A stretch of DNA of 64,000 nt. It comes from a bacterium (GTDB lineage: Bacteria > Zhuqueibacterota > Zhuqueibacteria > Residuimicrobiales > Krinioviventaceae). Under the pieces are notes generated by a model. It was not told the DNA's origin. It did not search any database and saw only the letters and a list, made by a program, of their open reading frames with translations. The position numbers and the translations under genes were made by a program. Of the stretch, positions 13,255 to 24,013 are shown piece by piece. The stretch lies in the NCBI GenBank assembly GCA_963675755.2, contig CAXXMD010000003.1:3136001-3200000 (forward strand). Reading direction: 5' to 3'. Position 1 is the stretch's first letter. Each line of letters opens with the position of its first letter.

Positions 13255-13815
13255 ATGGCGGACAAGGATAAGCGACTTGTAAAACAGGCACAAAATGGAG
13301 ACCGGTCCGCCTTTGGATTGCTGGTTAAGCGGTATCGTATGCAGGTACTCTATCTTGCATTTGATATTGTTGGCAATTACGATGATGCACAGGATGTAGC
13401 ACAGGAAACATTTATTCGGGCATTTACGCGGCTGCATCAATATGAAGATCGTGCCAAGTTTTCAACCTGGTTGTACCGGATAACTGTTAACCTGGCGTTG
13501 GATACGCATCGTAAAAAAAAGCGCAGTCGTCAAGACGCACTTGACACCCGGGTTCGTGAAGTAGAGGCCTTGAGTATACGTGAAGAGTTTGAAGGTGCTC
13601 ATCCGGATGAACGTGTTGAACAAAATGAGCTCAGAAAAGTTCTGGAGGATGGATTAGATAAATTGACAGAGAACCAAAGAACTGCAACTGTGTTAAAGTA
13701 TTTTCATCAAAAATCATCCAAAGAAATTGCCGAGATTATGGGTTGCGCTGAAAGTACTGTTAGAATACACATTTACAGAGCTTTGCAGAATTTAAAAAAT
13801 ACGATCAATTATTAA
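13255..13815 (+). CDS. ECF RNA polymerase sigma factor
   Basis: DAQDVAQETF, FSTWLYRITVN, and region-4 HTH EIAEIMGCAESTV. Confidence 0.93.
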   Translation: MADKDKRLVKQAQNGDRSAFGLLVKRYRMQVLYLAFDIVGNYDDAQDVAQETFIRAFTRLHQYEDRAKFSTWLYRITVNLALDTHRKKKRSRQDALDTRVREVEALSIREEFEGAHPDERVEQNELRKVLEDGLDKLTENQRTATVLKYFHQKSSKEIAEIMGCAESTVRIHIYRALQNLKNTINY

Positions 13816-13835
13816 GATAATTAGAGAAGATTATC

Positions 13836-14627
13836 ATGAGCACAAAATGTAAATACAGTCACCTGCTGCCCTTGTTTCTTGATGGAGGCATGTCTAACAG
13901 CGAGCATGATGACTTTACATCTCATTTGGATGAATGTAAAGATTGCTCAGAGAGTTTAAACGGTTTGACCAGTATTGAACAGATGCTTGAACAATATAAT
14001 CGACAAGAGCCTTTAGTGGAAATTCTTTACGCATATCAAACCCGCTTAGCTAAACATTTTCCAATAACCAATAGATTTGTAGCTGCCTGGCGGCGAATTT
14101 CAAACAGTTGGAATTGGATATGGGATTATCATCCCCGGATGATGACAATTGCCCGAGCTTCCGCATTTGTTTTTATTGGTGTTTTAATTGGAAGATTTGT
14201 ATTTTATACACCGGTAAATGAACCGGAAATGTTGGCATCAAATGCTGAGATTATGATCCTGGCTCCGGATTCCAAAGATGTACATCTGGTGAATGAATTT
14301 TTTACACAGTCAGAGATTTTACTGCTTGCAATTAAACATACGGATGAGAATTCTTCCGCGCAGCAGACCAGTGATTTGAAATTTGAAAAACAGCTTGCAC
14401 AGAATTTATTGTTCAAATCTCAACAGTTACAGGAAAATATGATTGTGCTGCAAGATCAAGAGCTGAAAGCCTTTTTGGAAAAACTTGAATTGGTCTTGCT
14501 GGAAATATCAAATACTGAAGATTCTGAAATACGTTATATATTTACCGAGTTGAAAAAGATTATAAACAATACCAAAATGGTAAACCAGTCTAAACAGATC
14601 CAAAAGAAAATAGAGAAATTGATCTGA
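13836..14627 (+). CDS. Anti-sigma factor with zinc-finger (zf-HC2) and one TM
   Basis: HLDECKDC (HxxxCxxC), single TM, directly downstream of the ECF gene. Confidence 0.85.
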   Translation: MSTKCKYSHLLPLFLDGGMSNSEHDDFTSHLDECKDCSESLNGLTSIEQMLEQYNRQEPLVEILYAYQTRLAKHFPITNRFVAAWRRISNSWNWIWDYHPRMMTIARASAFVFIGVLIGRFVFYTPVNEPEMLASNAEIMILAPDSKDVHLVNEFFTQSEILLLAIKHTDENSSAQQTSDLKFEKQLAQNLLFKSQQLQENMIVLQDQELKAFLEKLELVLLEISNTEDSEIRYIFTELKKIINNTKMVNQSKQIQKKIEKLI

Positions 14628-14671
14628 TAGTAGTATACAGGCTTGATAAAAAAAAAGTCTTTGAGGTCTTT

Positions 14672-16240
14672 ATGAAAATACAATCCGTTCGTTTCATCCT
14701 TGTTCTAACGGCCCTGATTTTTATTTCTGATTTGTTTGGGAATACGGGGGATGCGGTCCAGGATTTGTACTTTAATGCCAAGACCCGAACCATGGAGCAG
14801 AACTGGGATCAGGCTATTCAGCTGTATAGCGAGATTATAAAACAATATCCTGACAGCAGATATTTTGATGAATCACGGTTCTGGATAGGGTATTGTTATG
14901 AAAAAAAAGAGGGGGGACTTGAAAAAGCATTTACAGCATTCAATGAGCTGGTAAGTGCAAATAAGAGCAGTTCATGGGCCGATGATGCCCTTATGCATCA
15001 GATCTATATTTCTGAAAAGTTGTTTCATTCTGAAAATCCGGAATATCGTAATTTTTTGATTGGTAAACTCTCTGATCCGCAAATTAATGTGAGAAACCAG
15101 GCTGCTCTGGCGCTAGCCAGAAACGGACACAAGAGCGCGTTGCCGGTTTTAAAGGACATCCCAAAAGATGAAGATTCTTTTGAAGAAGCCCAGATATTGA
15201 TCAGAGAGATTGAGAAAAATGCAGGACAGGAATCTGGTGTTGCCGCTACTGTGCGCGATGAGCTGGTTATTGATCAGGAAGCCCCGAATCCCAGTGTTTC
15301 GTTAAAAGCAGATGGCCACCGTATTGGTTACTTTGCCAAACAACGGTTTGCCCAGTATCAGAATTTAACTAAAACTGAGGATGTTTGGTCTCAGGAAGAA
15401 TTGATCGATTTTGGCTTGTGGCATATATTACGTGCAGATATTTTTGATTATTATATCATGTTAGACAGTGCGGGTAAAGAAAAGTTTATGCGTAAACTCT
15501 GGCTTACTAATGATCCTACTCCCACAACGACATTAAATGAAGCTCAACAGGAATTTTACAGACGAATTAAATATGCACGTGATCATTATTCCTATTTTGA
15601 TAATCTACCCGGGCATTATTACGCACCCTGGGATGCCAGGGGAGAAGTATATATTAAGTATGGAACACCCCATTCCATCAAGATCCGGGGTATGGAAGAG
15701 TTGTGGTATTATCCTGAACATAATCATCTTCAATTTATGGTACGTCGCTATGTAACCAATATATTTGGGCGGGCCATATTTACTCGCTATGGAACGCGAT
15801 GGGGAATGTGGGCCGATCCGCAAAAGATTGATCCTGAATCTTTTGAATTGATTTACAAGCCAGTGTTTGTTTATAAATTTGAAGGTCCTTTTAAAGAATT
15901 GGAAGATTTGGAAACCACAGTCAAGATGGATGGTGGGTATCCTACCTTGCATTATTCAATACCGGCAAAATCATTTAAAATTCAAAAGGATGATTCCGGT
16001 TATTACATTGATTATACTGAAAGATATGCTATTTACAACAGTGAATACTTGCAGGTTAAAACAGAAGAAACGCCCAAGCGCCTTACAGGTACCAAATCTG
16101 AATTGAAAAATATGACTATTGAACAGGATGTTAAGATGGAACTTGGCCCCGGAGATTATTTTATGGGTATTCGTCTTGAAGATAAAGCTGCAAAAAAACG
16201 TGCTGTGAGCAAGATGAATTTTAAAGTGAAAAATTTTTAG
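14672..16240 (+). CDS. Secreted TPR/HEAT + GWxTD-domain protein
   Basis: Signal peptide, TPR-like N-terminus, HEAT repeat (VRNQAALALA), then W..NDPTPTT..NE...EFYRRIKYA...DARGEVYIKYG.P. Confidence 0.75.
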   Translation: MKIQSVRFILVLTALIFISDLFGNTGDAVQDLYFNAKTRTMEQNWDQAIQLYSEIIKQYPDSRYFDESRFWIGYCYEKKEGGLEKAFTAFNELVSANKSSSWADDALMHQIYISEKLFHSENPEYRNFLIGKLSDPQINVRNQAALALARNGHKSALPVLKDIPKDEDSFEEAQILIREIEKNAGQESGVAATVRDELVIDQEAPNPSVSLKADGHRIGYFAKQRFAQYQNLTKTEDVWSQEELIDFGLWHILRADIFDYYIMLDSAGKEKFMRKLWLTNDPTPTTTLNEAQQEFYRRIKYARDHYSYFDNLPGHYYAPWDARGEVYIKYGTPHSIKIRGMEELWYYPEHNHLQFMVRRYVTNIFGRAIFTRYGTRWGMWADPQKIDPESFELIYKPVFVYKFEGPFKELEDLETTVKMDGGYPTLHYSIPAKSFKIQKDDSGYYIDYTERYAIYNSEYLQVKTEETPKRLTGTKSELKNMTIEQDVKMELGPGDYFMGIRLEDKAAKKRAVSKMNFKVKNF

Positions 16241-16316
16241 GAACTTGTTTGTATTTATCTAGTTAAAACACCATAGCTGGAAACGCAGGTATGCGTTGAC
16301 TTGCTCTCCTTCCCTG

Positions 16317-16343
16317 AGCCCCGGATAAACCGGGGCTTTTTTT
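16317..16343 (+). terminator. Intrinsic terminator
   Basis: AGCCCCGG-ATAAA-CCGGGGCT followed by a T-run. Confidence 0.85.
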
Positions 16344-16346
16344 ATA

Positions 16347-17459
16347 TCAAGACATTTCTAAAAGTGTATGATACAAGTGGTGAAGTAAAAGGCGATTGTC
16401 CAGAGAAGCATAAGTAACCCTGCCACCCATTCTGTAAAAAGATTTTAAAAAGCGTAGATAATAATCCGGAGAGCTCTTGGGTGGTTCACCCTGTGACCAG
16501 TCCCATACAGATGCCTGAAGATCGTTAATAATAATTTCATGGTTTTGTACAATTTTGCCTTCACGTAACAGGATATTGTTTGCAAAAGATACTGCTTTTT
16601 CAAATACCTGAGGTGCCATAATAGCAGAACCAATTGATAAAAATACACCATTTGAAAGGTTTTTTACAGAATGTACAAAACTGCCATAATCCAGATGGGA
16701 ACCGCGTCCCAGGGCCGCACCATTAGCAAAGGGATTGTTGTATATAATATCATACCCAATTCCGGGATGTACAGTTACAGGTACGTTTAATCGATACGCA
16801 TTACCAAAAATTGAAAAAGCCTTATTCGGATGCAATACCGACTCTTTGCCTCCTGACATTTTAAATGTTTTTAATGTATTGTACAATTCTGCTTTTGCAG
16901 GGAGCAATTCATCGTTATTGTCTATGGCCTTGCGAAGGTCTGCTTCCAGTTCTTCTATTGTCGGCAGGTCAAGCGTGTCTTCCTGGATCAATTTACCAAG
17001 AGATTGACCATAGCCCATATTTTGTATTGCGCCAGCTTGAACTGCAAGGCTGATGTACTTGCCGGTTTCTTCCCATGTCCCAAAAGTACCGGTTTTAACA
17101 TTTGCCCTTACATCTTCTTCGGTTCTGCCAAAATATGCAAGTTCCCAATCATGTATGCTGCCTGCACCCTGTGTTGAAACGTGGGTAATCCATCCCTTTT
17201 CCATCAAACGTACAACAATATGTGAAGCACCATTTTTTACAAGATGGGCTCCATATGCCATCATAATAGATGCATTATTAGCTTTTGCTGATAGAATTTT
17301 TTCAGCAATAGGCATTACCAGTTCTTTAATTTCTTTATCGGGAGCCGGTGGGGTATCCGGATCAATAGTGATAGCTTTAATTTCTGATTTACTTTTTCTT
17401 TCTTTAACAGAAAGTACATTAATTTCTCGAGGTCCGATTTTGTCGTATGGCATTTTCAT
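16347..17459 (-). CDS. Conserved hypothetical protein, deoxyhypusine-synthase-like fold
   Basis: YGAHLVKNG, GAGSIHDWE..YFGRTEEDV, PVTVHPGIGYDI and GSAIMAPQVFEKA motifs. Confidence 0.6.
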   Translation of the reverse strand: MKMPYDKIGPREINVLSVKERKSKSEIKAITIDPDTPPAPDKEIKELVMPIAEKILSAKANNASIMMAYGAHLVKNGASHIVVRLMEKGWITHVSTQGAGSIHDWELAYFGRTEEDVRANVKTGTFGTWEETGKYISLAVQAGAIQNMGYGQSLGKLIQEDTLDLPTIEELEADLRKAIDNNDELLPAKAELYNTLKTFKMSGGKESVLHPNKAFSIFGNAYRLNVPVTVHPGIGYDIIYNNPFANGAALGRGSHLDYGSFVHSVKNLSNGVFLSIGSAIMAPQVFEKAVSFANNILLREGKIVQNHEIIINDLQASVWDWSQGEPPKSSPDYYLRFLKSFYRMGGRVTYASLDNRLLLHHLYHTLLEMS

Positions 17460-17601
17460 TCCTTTTTTGGTTATATGTGACTAAAATACTAAAAAAAATA
17501 ATAGAATCAAATATTGAATTTTGTATATTATTCTTGATGTTGTCATAAATTTTTATCATTATGTTATCTATCTGTAGGTTAAAATGTTTTGGAGGCTTTA
17601 A

Positions 17602-17904
17602 ATGATTAAGCATATAGTATTATGGCGTTTAAAAGATCAGGCCGAGGGTGCTGATAGTGCAGAGAATGCAAAAAAAATAGTACAGGCTTTGGGTACATTA
17701 AAATCAAAAATAAATGAAATTGTAGACCTTGAAGCGGGCATTAATTATAATGAGACCGCTGCCGCCTATGATGTTGCATTGTATTCTGTATTTAAAACCA
17801 AAGCTGATTTGGATATCTATCAAAAACACCCCGAACATGTGAACGTTGCGCAAATGGTAAGTAAGCTTGTTTCAGAACGTGCCGTCGTGGATTATGAAAT
17901 ATAA
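17602..17904 (+). CDS. Dabb family (stress-responsive A/B barrel) protein
   Basis: MIKHIVLW...YQKHPEH...VVDY. Confidence 0.9.
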   Translation: MIKHIVLWRLKDQAEGADSAENAKKIVQALGTLKSKINEIVDLEAGINYNETAAAYDVALYSVFKTKADLDIYQKHPEHVNVAQMVSKLVSERAVVDYEI

Positions 17905-17913
17905 AGGTTAATT

Positions 17914-18699
17914 ATGTTTAAAATTTTTCAGGTAGATTCGTTTACAGATAAAGCTTTTCATGGCAATCCTGCGGGAGTCTGTTTGTTGGATAAACTAATG
18001 GATTCCGATTGGATGCAAAATGTAGCAATGGAAATGAACTTGTCAGAAACCGCTTTTCTGTTAAAGGATACTGACAGCTACCGGTTGCGTTGGTTTACTC
18101 CTGCTATTGAAGTGGACTTGTGCGGGCATGCAACATTAGCCAGTGCGCATATTTTGTTTCAGGAAGAATTGGTAGCTCAGGACAGTGTCATCAATTTTCA
18201 AACCCGTAGTGGGTTACTTCAAGTTGTTAAGCAAGATGGCTGGCTAGAAATGGACTTTCCGGTTGATCCGGAAAAACCGGTTGAGGCCGCACCCATATTA
18301 CAACAGGGGATTGGTGGTCCATTACCTCTATACACCGGCAAGAGCAAACGATTTTATTTGTTTAGATTTAAAAGTGAAAAAGATATTTTAGAGTTAAAAC
18401 CTGATTTTAACATGCTTGCTGATATTCCTGACAGTGAAGTGATTGTTACAGCCGTTTCTGATAATCCTGAATATGATTTTGTGTCGCGATTCTTTGCACC
18501 CGGTATTGGTATTAATGAAGATCCGGTTACGGGTTCAGCACATTGCACATTGGGACCCTATTGGCAAAAAGAATTGGGCAAATCACAGTTGTCTGCGTTT
18601 CAGGCATCTAAAAGAGGTGGTTTGCTAAAGTTGGATGTTGGTAATGAGAGAATTAAAATTAAAGGACAAGCCGTTACTGTAATTCGCGGTACGATTTAA
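17914..18699 (+). CDS. PhzF family isomerase/epimerase
   Basis: QVDSFT..FHGNPAGV, NLSETAF, EVDLCGHATLA, EDPVTGSAH. Confidence 0.93.
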   Translation: MFKIFQVDSFTDKAFHGNPAGVCLLDKLMDSDWMQNVAMEMNLSETAFLLKDTDSYRLRWFTPAIEVDLCGHATLASAHILFQEELVAQDSVINFQTRSGLLQVVKQDGWLEMDFPVDPEKPVEAAPILQQGIGGPLPLYTGKSKRFYLFRFKSEKDILELKPDFNMLADIPDSEVIVTAVSDNPEYDFVSRFFAPGIGINEDPVTGSAHCTLGPYWQKELGKSQLSAFQASKRGGLLKLDVGNERIKIKGQAVTVIRGTI

Positions 18700-18767
18700 T
18701 TGTACTTTCAGATTTGTTACCGGGGGATTGATTTCTTTATAAAGCAATTGATTATTTGATTGAATTA

Positions 18768-21700
18768 TCAACTTTCAATCTGGGCTTTGAACGCAGAATC
18801 CAGCACATCTCTTATTGCTTTAGCAATGTTTGACATGGTTAGGGGTTTCAGAATAAATTCCCTTATACCAATTTGTTTAGCTTTTTCTTGTGTAACAGAT
18901 TCGCTATAGCCCGTACACATGATGATGGGGATATCTGGTCTGATATTGAGCAGTTTTTTTGACAATTCAGTACCCGTTAAATGAGGCATAGTATGGTCTG
19001 TAATAACCAGATTGAATTCATCTGGATTTTGCTGAAACATTTCCAATGCTTTTTCACTCTCTGTAAATGTAGTTACAACATACCCCAAACTTTCAAGGAT
19101 TTGTTGATATAAAAGAACAATTTCTACTTCATCATCTACAAACAGGATATGTTCATTACCTTTAGGTATTTTGTCTGAAATTTTATTGTTAAATTTTTCA
19201 GCTTTTTCTGTGTGTTGGGGAAAATAGATTTCAAAAGTTGTACCTACCTGAGGTGTACTGTTTACCTTGATGTCTCCACCATGGCTTAATACAATACCGT
19301 GAACAGCAGACAACCCGAGCCCGGTACCTTCACCCACTTTTTTAGTAGTAAAAAATGGCTCAAAAATACGTGTAATTATGGTTTCATCCATACCTTTACC
19401 CGTATCAGAAACTCGTAGTGATACGTATGGCCTGTTCGCTAGTAAATGACTAAACTTGGCTGCTTCATCTTTGTCGAATATTTTATTTGATAAATGAATG
19501 CCCAATGTTCCGCCATTTTCACGCATTGCGTGAAATGCGTTTGTACACAGATTCATGATAACCTGGTGTATCTGTGTGGGATCAGCCAGCAAGGAACCTG
19601 TATCTTTATCAATTTTTACATCAATTTCTATAGTGCTTGGTAATGATGATCTCAAAAGGCGTAAAGCTTCATTGACCAGATTTTTAATATTTACTGATTC
19701 CAGGCCTTTTTGTTCTTGTCTGCTAAATGTTAAGATTTGCTGAACAAGATCTTTGGCTCGCTTGGATGCTTTTAATATCTTTTCCAGGTTTGATTTTAAT
19801 ATGTCGTTGCTTGTAACGAGATCTATAGACATTTCCGCATACCCAATAATAGGTACCAGGATGTTGTTAAAATCATGTGCAATGCCGCCAGCCAGAGTGC
19901 CAATTGTCTCCATTTTTTGGGCATGTCTTAACTGGGCTTCCATAATTTTTCGTTTTTCTTCTGCTACTACAAGGTCTGTAATATCTAAAACTGCACCAAT
20001 GGATCCGCTGAATTCTCCTTCATCATTATACATAGGAGATGATGAAATTCGAAAATATCTTTTCTCACCCAATGGATGAAGATAATTGAGTTCATAAGTT
20101 GTATTCAGGCCTTTTTTCTTTTTCTTTGTTTCGTCCACAATGGTTTTATGTGTGCTTGGTGGAAAAATATCCAAAAGGCTTTTGGTTAAAAGCTCTTCAA
20201 CCGGGTACCCCAGTAATTCTGCATAAGCATTATTGAGATATATGAAATTTTCATGTTCATCAACAATGCCAATACCTTCCTGAACGCCATTTAATACATT
20301 ATCAAGAAATATTTTTTGTTCACGTAATTCATGTTCTATACGTTTTCTTTCTTTTATTTCTGATTCAAGGTTGTTATTAAACGACATTAATTCTGCATTT
20401 CTTTTCTTTATCGAGCGGGTTTGCAATATGTACATACCCATAATAATGGACACTACAAAGGTTGAAAATAAAATTCTGAACCAGAGGGTCATCCAGAATG
20501 GGGGATACATGATAACCAGAATACTGGTGCCTTTATCATTCCATATTCCATCATTGTTGGATGCTTTAACATGAAATGTATAGTGGCCTGGATTCAAATT
20601 GGTATATGTTGCAAATCTTCTGTTTCCGGAATAGATCCAATCTTCATCTACTCCTTCCATTTTATAAGCATATTGGTTTTTATCAGATGCAAAATAGTTC
20701 AAAGCTGCAAATTCAAAAGAAATGATCTTGTCATGATGTGATAATTGGATTGTGTCTGCTGAAGTAATGGTGTGATCAAGTACTTTTTTGTTATATCGAA
20801 TTTCTTTATGATCAATGGATTCATTCAGAATTTGAAAATCAGTAAACACAACAGGAGGTATAAAATCATTTTTCTTGATTTTTGATGGGGAGAACCAGAT
20901 CAAACCACCAATTGAACCATAATAAAGATCACCATTGTCGCTTTTAAAATGTGCACCTGTGTTGAATTCGTCATTTATTAAACCTTCCGTATGGGTATAA
21001 TGTACCATATCGTAAGTAATTGGATTTAATTTGATCAATCCTTTGTTTGTACCGATCCATAGATTGTTTAATTCATCCTGTTCAATACCATGAATAGCCT
21101 CTGTTCCTGTTTGATTATTTTCAAGAACAGTGATAAAAGAATCTTTATCCGGATTGTATTTTAATAGCCCTCCACCCCAGGTACATATCCAAATATTATT
21201 TGAATTATCCTTAAACAGGGACAAAATATACTCATTTTGTAAACTGTTTTTATCATTTGGATTATGTTTATAGTTTCGAAAGGTATCATTTTTATAATTA
21301 TATCTGCTGATACCTCCACCCAAAGTACCGATCCAGAGTTCACCACTATCAGACTCTATTATTGTACCCACTCTATCATACACCAGACTATTGGGATCTT
21401 GCGGATTGTGATAGAAATGAGTGAATTTTTGGCTCTTTCTGTTGAATTTGTTTAGTCCTTTTTCAGTACCTACCCAAAAGTTAAGGTTAGAATCTTCATA
21501 GATTGAATAAACACGATCATGTGATATGCTGTTTGGATTTGAATCTTTATGCCGAAATGTAGTAAACGTTTCATTTCTGGGATTGTATTTGTTTAAACCT
21601 CCGGCACCTGTTCCTAGCCATATTTGACCTTGTTTATCTTCAAAGACCTTCATAACCTGATTGTCGCTAATTGAGCCAGGTTTTTCAGGATCATATTGGT

Positions 21701-22946
21701 AGTGAACAGCCTGTCTGTTAACTGGCTCAATTTTATTAAGGCCACCGGCGTCTGTACCTACCCACAATGTACCATCTTTTTGCTGATGAATGCTCCACAC
21801 AACATTGTCACTCAACGAGTTTGATGTCCAGGGAGAAAATGACATGCTATTAAAATAGTTTCTATTAGCATCTAACTTTACTACACCTGTTCCTGTGGTG
21901 CCTAACCATAAAATACCTGAATCGTCAAGAAAAAAACTGGAAATTCTGTTGTTTGGCAGAGACGTATATCTGTAATCATTAATAAAGTATTTTTCCGCCT
22001 GCATAGTCTCAGGATTAATTAAATATATATCTCCAGGTTCATTTATAACCCAAAGCATTCCTTGTTGAGATGCTGCAATTCCCACAATGCTGTTGTTCAA
22101 GGTTTTATGTTTTTCAACGGTTGGTAAATGAAACTGTTTCGCTTTGCCATTAATATTGTCAATTAAAATTAATCCTTCAGTGGTACCTACCCACAGGTTA
22201 TGTTTTGAATCAAGAAAATAGGATTTTATATTGAATTGTTCCAGAGAAGCATTTTCTCCAACCATGATATTGGCTTGTTGAAATTGTTGAAGCTGAGAAT
22301 TATAAATGTATATTCCATGGTTTTCAACACTTGTCCATATTTCACCCGTTTCCTCTATCAGGATACTCTCTATGGTTATATTCTTTTCTGGAATTTCCAT
22401 AAAGCTTATGGATTCATAACGTTTTTCCGTAGGGTTAAATCGATAAATTCCTTTATTGTTGGTTCCAATAATTAAATCTCCATCGGGTGTTTCTTTAATA
22501 CAAGTGATTTTGAATCCCTGGTTGGGTTTCATTGAAGAGTCGGGAGGGGGCAGATAATGCTCAAACGCATCCATTTTAGGGAAATAACGGTTTAAGCCAT
22601 TTTCTGTACCAATCCACAATGTTCCGTCCTGGCTTTTAAGTAATATATTGATGGCTTGGTGACTCAACGAGTTTTTCGGATCTTTTTTGTCAGGGCGATA
22701 TATTTTAAAATTATAACCATCATACCGGTTTAATCCATCTCGTGTAGCAAACCAAATGAATCCAAAATCATCCTGAACTATACTGTAAATATCACTTTGT
22801 GATAATCCATCATTAATGGAAAGAATTTGTATAGATGAGGCTGTTACATTAATAACATTTATTGATAGTAATATCAATAAAGTGACGAACAATTTATGCA
22901 GTTTTTGAGTGGTAAAATAAACAGATTTTAGAAAATTTGTCCACAT
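18768..22946 (-). CDS. Hybrid sensor histidine kinase (Reg_prop propellers, Y_Y_Y, TM, PAS, HisKA, HATPase, REC)
   Basis: WIGT propeller repeats, YAYKMEG..ATYTNLNPGHYTF, AGGIAHDFNN, FEPFFTTK..GTGLGL, and a C-terminal receiver domain (ITDHTMP). Confidence 0.93.
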   Translation of the reverse strand: MWTNFLKSVYFTTQKLHKLFVTLLILLSINVINVTASSIQILSINDGLSQSDIYSIVQDDFGFIWFATRDGLNRYDGYNFKIYRPDKKDPKNSLSHQAINILLKSQDGTLWIGTENGLNRYFPKMDAFEHYLPPPDSSMKPNQGFKITCIKETPDGDLIIGTNNKGIYRFNPTEKRYESISFMEIPEKNITIESILIEETGEIWTSVENHGIYIYNSQLQQFQQANIMVGENASLEQFNIKSYFLDSKHNLWVGTTEGLILIDNINGKAKQFHLPTVEKHKTLNNSIVGIAASQQGMLWVINEPGDIYLINPETMQAEKYFINDYRYTSLPNNRISSFFLDDSGILWLGTTGTGVVKLDANRNYFNSMSFSPWTSNSLSDNVVWSIHQQKDGTLWVGTDAGGLNKIEPVNRQAVHYQYDPEKPGSISDNQVMKVFEDKQGQIWLGTGAGGLNKYNPRNETFTTFRHKDSNPNSISHDRVYSIYEDSNLNFWVGTEKGLNKFNRKSQKFTHFYHNPQDPNSLVYDRVGTIIESDSGELWIGTLGGGISRYNYKNDTFRNYKHNPNDKNSLQNEYILSLFKDNSNNIWICTWGGGLLKYNPDKDSFITVLENNQTGTEAIHGIEQDELNNLWIGTNKGLIKLNPITYDMVHYTHTEGLINDEFNTGAHFKSDNGDLYYGSIGGLIWFSPSKIKKNDFIPPVVFTDFQILNESIDHKEIRYNKKVLDHTITSADTIQLSHHDKIISFEFAALNYFASDKNQYAYKMEGVDEDWIYSGNRRFATYTNLNPGHYTFHVKASNNDGIWNDKGTSILVIMYPPFWMTLWFRILFSTFVVSIIMGMYILQTRSIKKRNAELMSFNNNLESEIKERKRIEHELREQKIFLDNVLNGVQEGIGIVDEHENFIYLNNAYAELLGYPVEELLTKSLLDIFPPSTHKTIVDETKKKKKGLNTTYELNYLHPLGEKRYFRISSSPMYNDEGEFSGSIGAVLDITDLVVAEEKRKIMEAQLRHAQKMETIGTLAGGIAHDFNNILVPIIGYAEMSIDLVTSNDILKSNLEKILKASKRAKDLVQQILTFSRQEQKGLESVNIKNLVNEALRLLRSSLPSTIEIDVKIDKDTGSLLADPTQIHQVIMNLCTNAFHAMRENGGTLGIHLSNKIFDKDEAAKFSHLLANRPYVSLRVSDTGKGMDETIITRIFEPFFTTKKVGEGTGLGLSAVHGIVLSHGGDIKVNSTPQVGTTFEIYFPQHTEKAEKFNNKISDKIPKGNEHILFVDDEVEIVLLYQQILESLGYVVTTFTESEKALEMFQQNPDEFNLVITDHTMPHLTGTELSKKLLNIRPDIPIIMCTGYSESVTQEKAKQIGIREFILKPLTMSNIAKAIRDVLDSAFKAQIES

Positions 22947-23154
22947 ATTTGGATTTCTTGAGATTGGATTTCAAGTTTTGTTTTTTACAAACAGTTGTTT
23001 TTTATTTAAATATGTTTGCTGTTTGTGTGGTAAACATTTTATCAGTTTTTAATTAGCAATTATTATTCCATGAATTTGCAAGTTTAATGTTGTAATTGTA
23101 AAAATTGTTTGATACTTTTTTTCATAGTTGTGAATATTTACGAGTTGAGGCAAA

Positions 23155-23982
23155 GTGAAAAAAATTGGATTAGCTTTAGGAGGTGGCGGTGCTCGTGGGT
23201 TAGCACACATACCAATACTTGAAGCACTTGATGAAATGAATGTAAAGCCTGTTGTAATTTCAGGCACCAGTATAGGAGCAATACTGGGCAGTTTTTATGC
23301 TTCAGGGTACAGCGGCAGAGAGATCCGTGACTTGACATTAAAAATAGGACTCCGTGATATTAATAAAATGCTGGATCTCAATTTTTTTGGAGACGCGCTT
23401 TTCAAAGGCAAGGGGGTAGAAAACTTTTTTGCCAAATATTTAAAACCAACTACTTTTGAAGAATTAAAAATACCCATGTATATTGTTGCAACCGATTTTT
23501 GGAATCGCTCAGAAGTTGTGATGAACAAGGGACCCTTGGTACCTGCTATTCGGGCAAGTATGTCTGTACCGGGAGTGTTTGATCCGGTTTCTCATGATAA
23601 CAATATACTTGTAGATGGTGGTGCGGTAAATCCATTACCCTATGATATTATACGGGAAAAGTGTGATATATTAATCGCTGTTGATGTTTCCGGTAGCCCT
23701 TCTGAAAAGCATAGAAATAAACCCCCATCCATGATTGAAAGTATATTGGGTACATTTCAGATAATGCAGGATTCTATTTTAGAAAATAAACGCAGGATCT
23801 CTGATATTGATCTCTATGTTAAACCGAATATTGTAGATATTGGTATTTTAGAGTTTCATAAATACAAACATGTATTCCAAAGTGGTGATGATGAAATAGA
23901 CAATTTTAAAAATCGACTGCAAGATTTGTTAAAGGGAACTGTGCAAAGTTTTTTCGAACGACTGAGAAACAGTATAGATTAA
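23155..23982 (+). CDS. Patatin-like phospholipase
   Basis: GGGGARG, GTSIG and DGG motifs. Confidence 0.93.
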   Translation: MKKIGLALGGGGARGLAHIPILEALDEMNVKPVVISGTSIGAILGSFYASGYSGREIRDLTLKIGLRDINKMLDLNFFGDALFKGKGVENFFAKYLKPTTFEELKIPMYIVATDFWNRSEVVMNKGPLVPAIRASMSVPGVFDPVSHDNNILVDGGAVNPLPYDIIREKCDILIAVDVSGSPSEKHRNKPPSMIESILGTFQIMQDSILENKRRISDIDLYVKPNIVDIGILEFHKYKHVFQSGDDEIDNFKNRLQDLLKGTVQSFFERLRNSID

Positions 23983-24013
23983 TAAAAAAATGCCGGCAGA
24001 AGCAAATTTTAGA

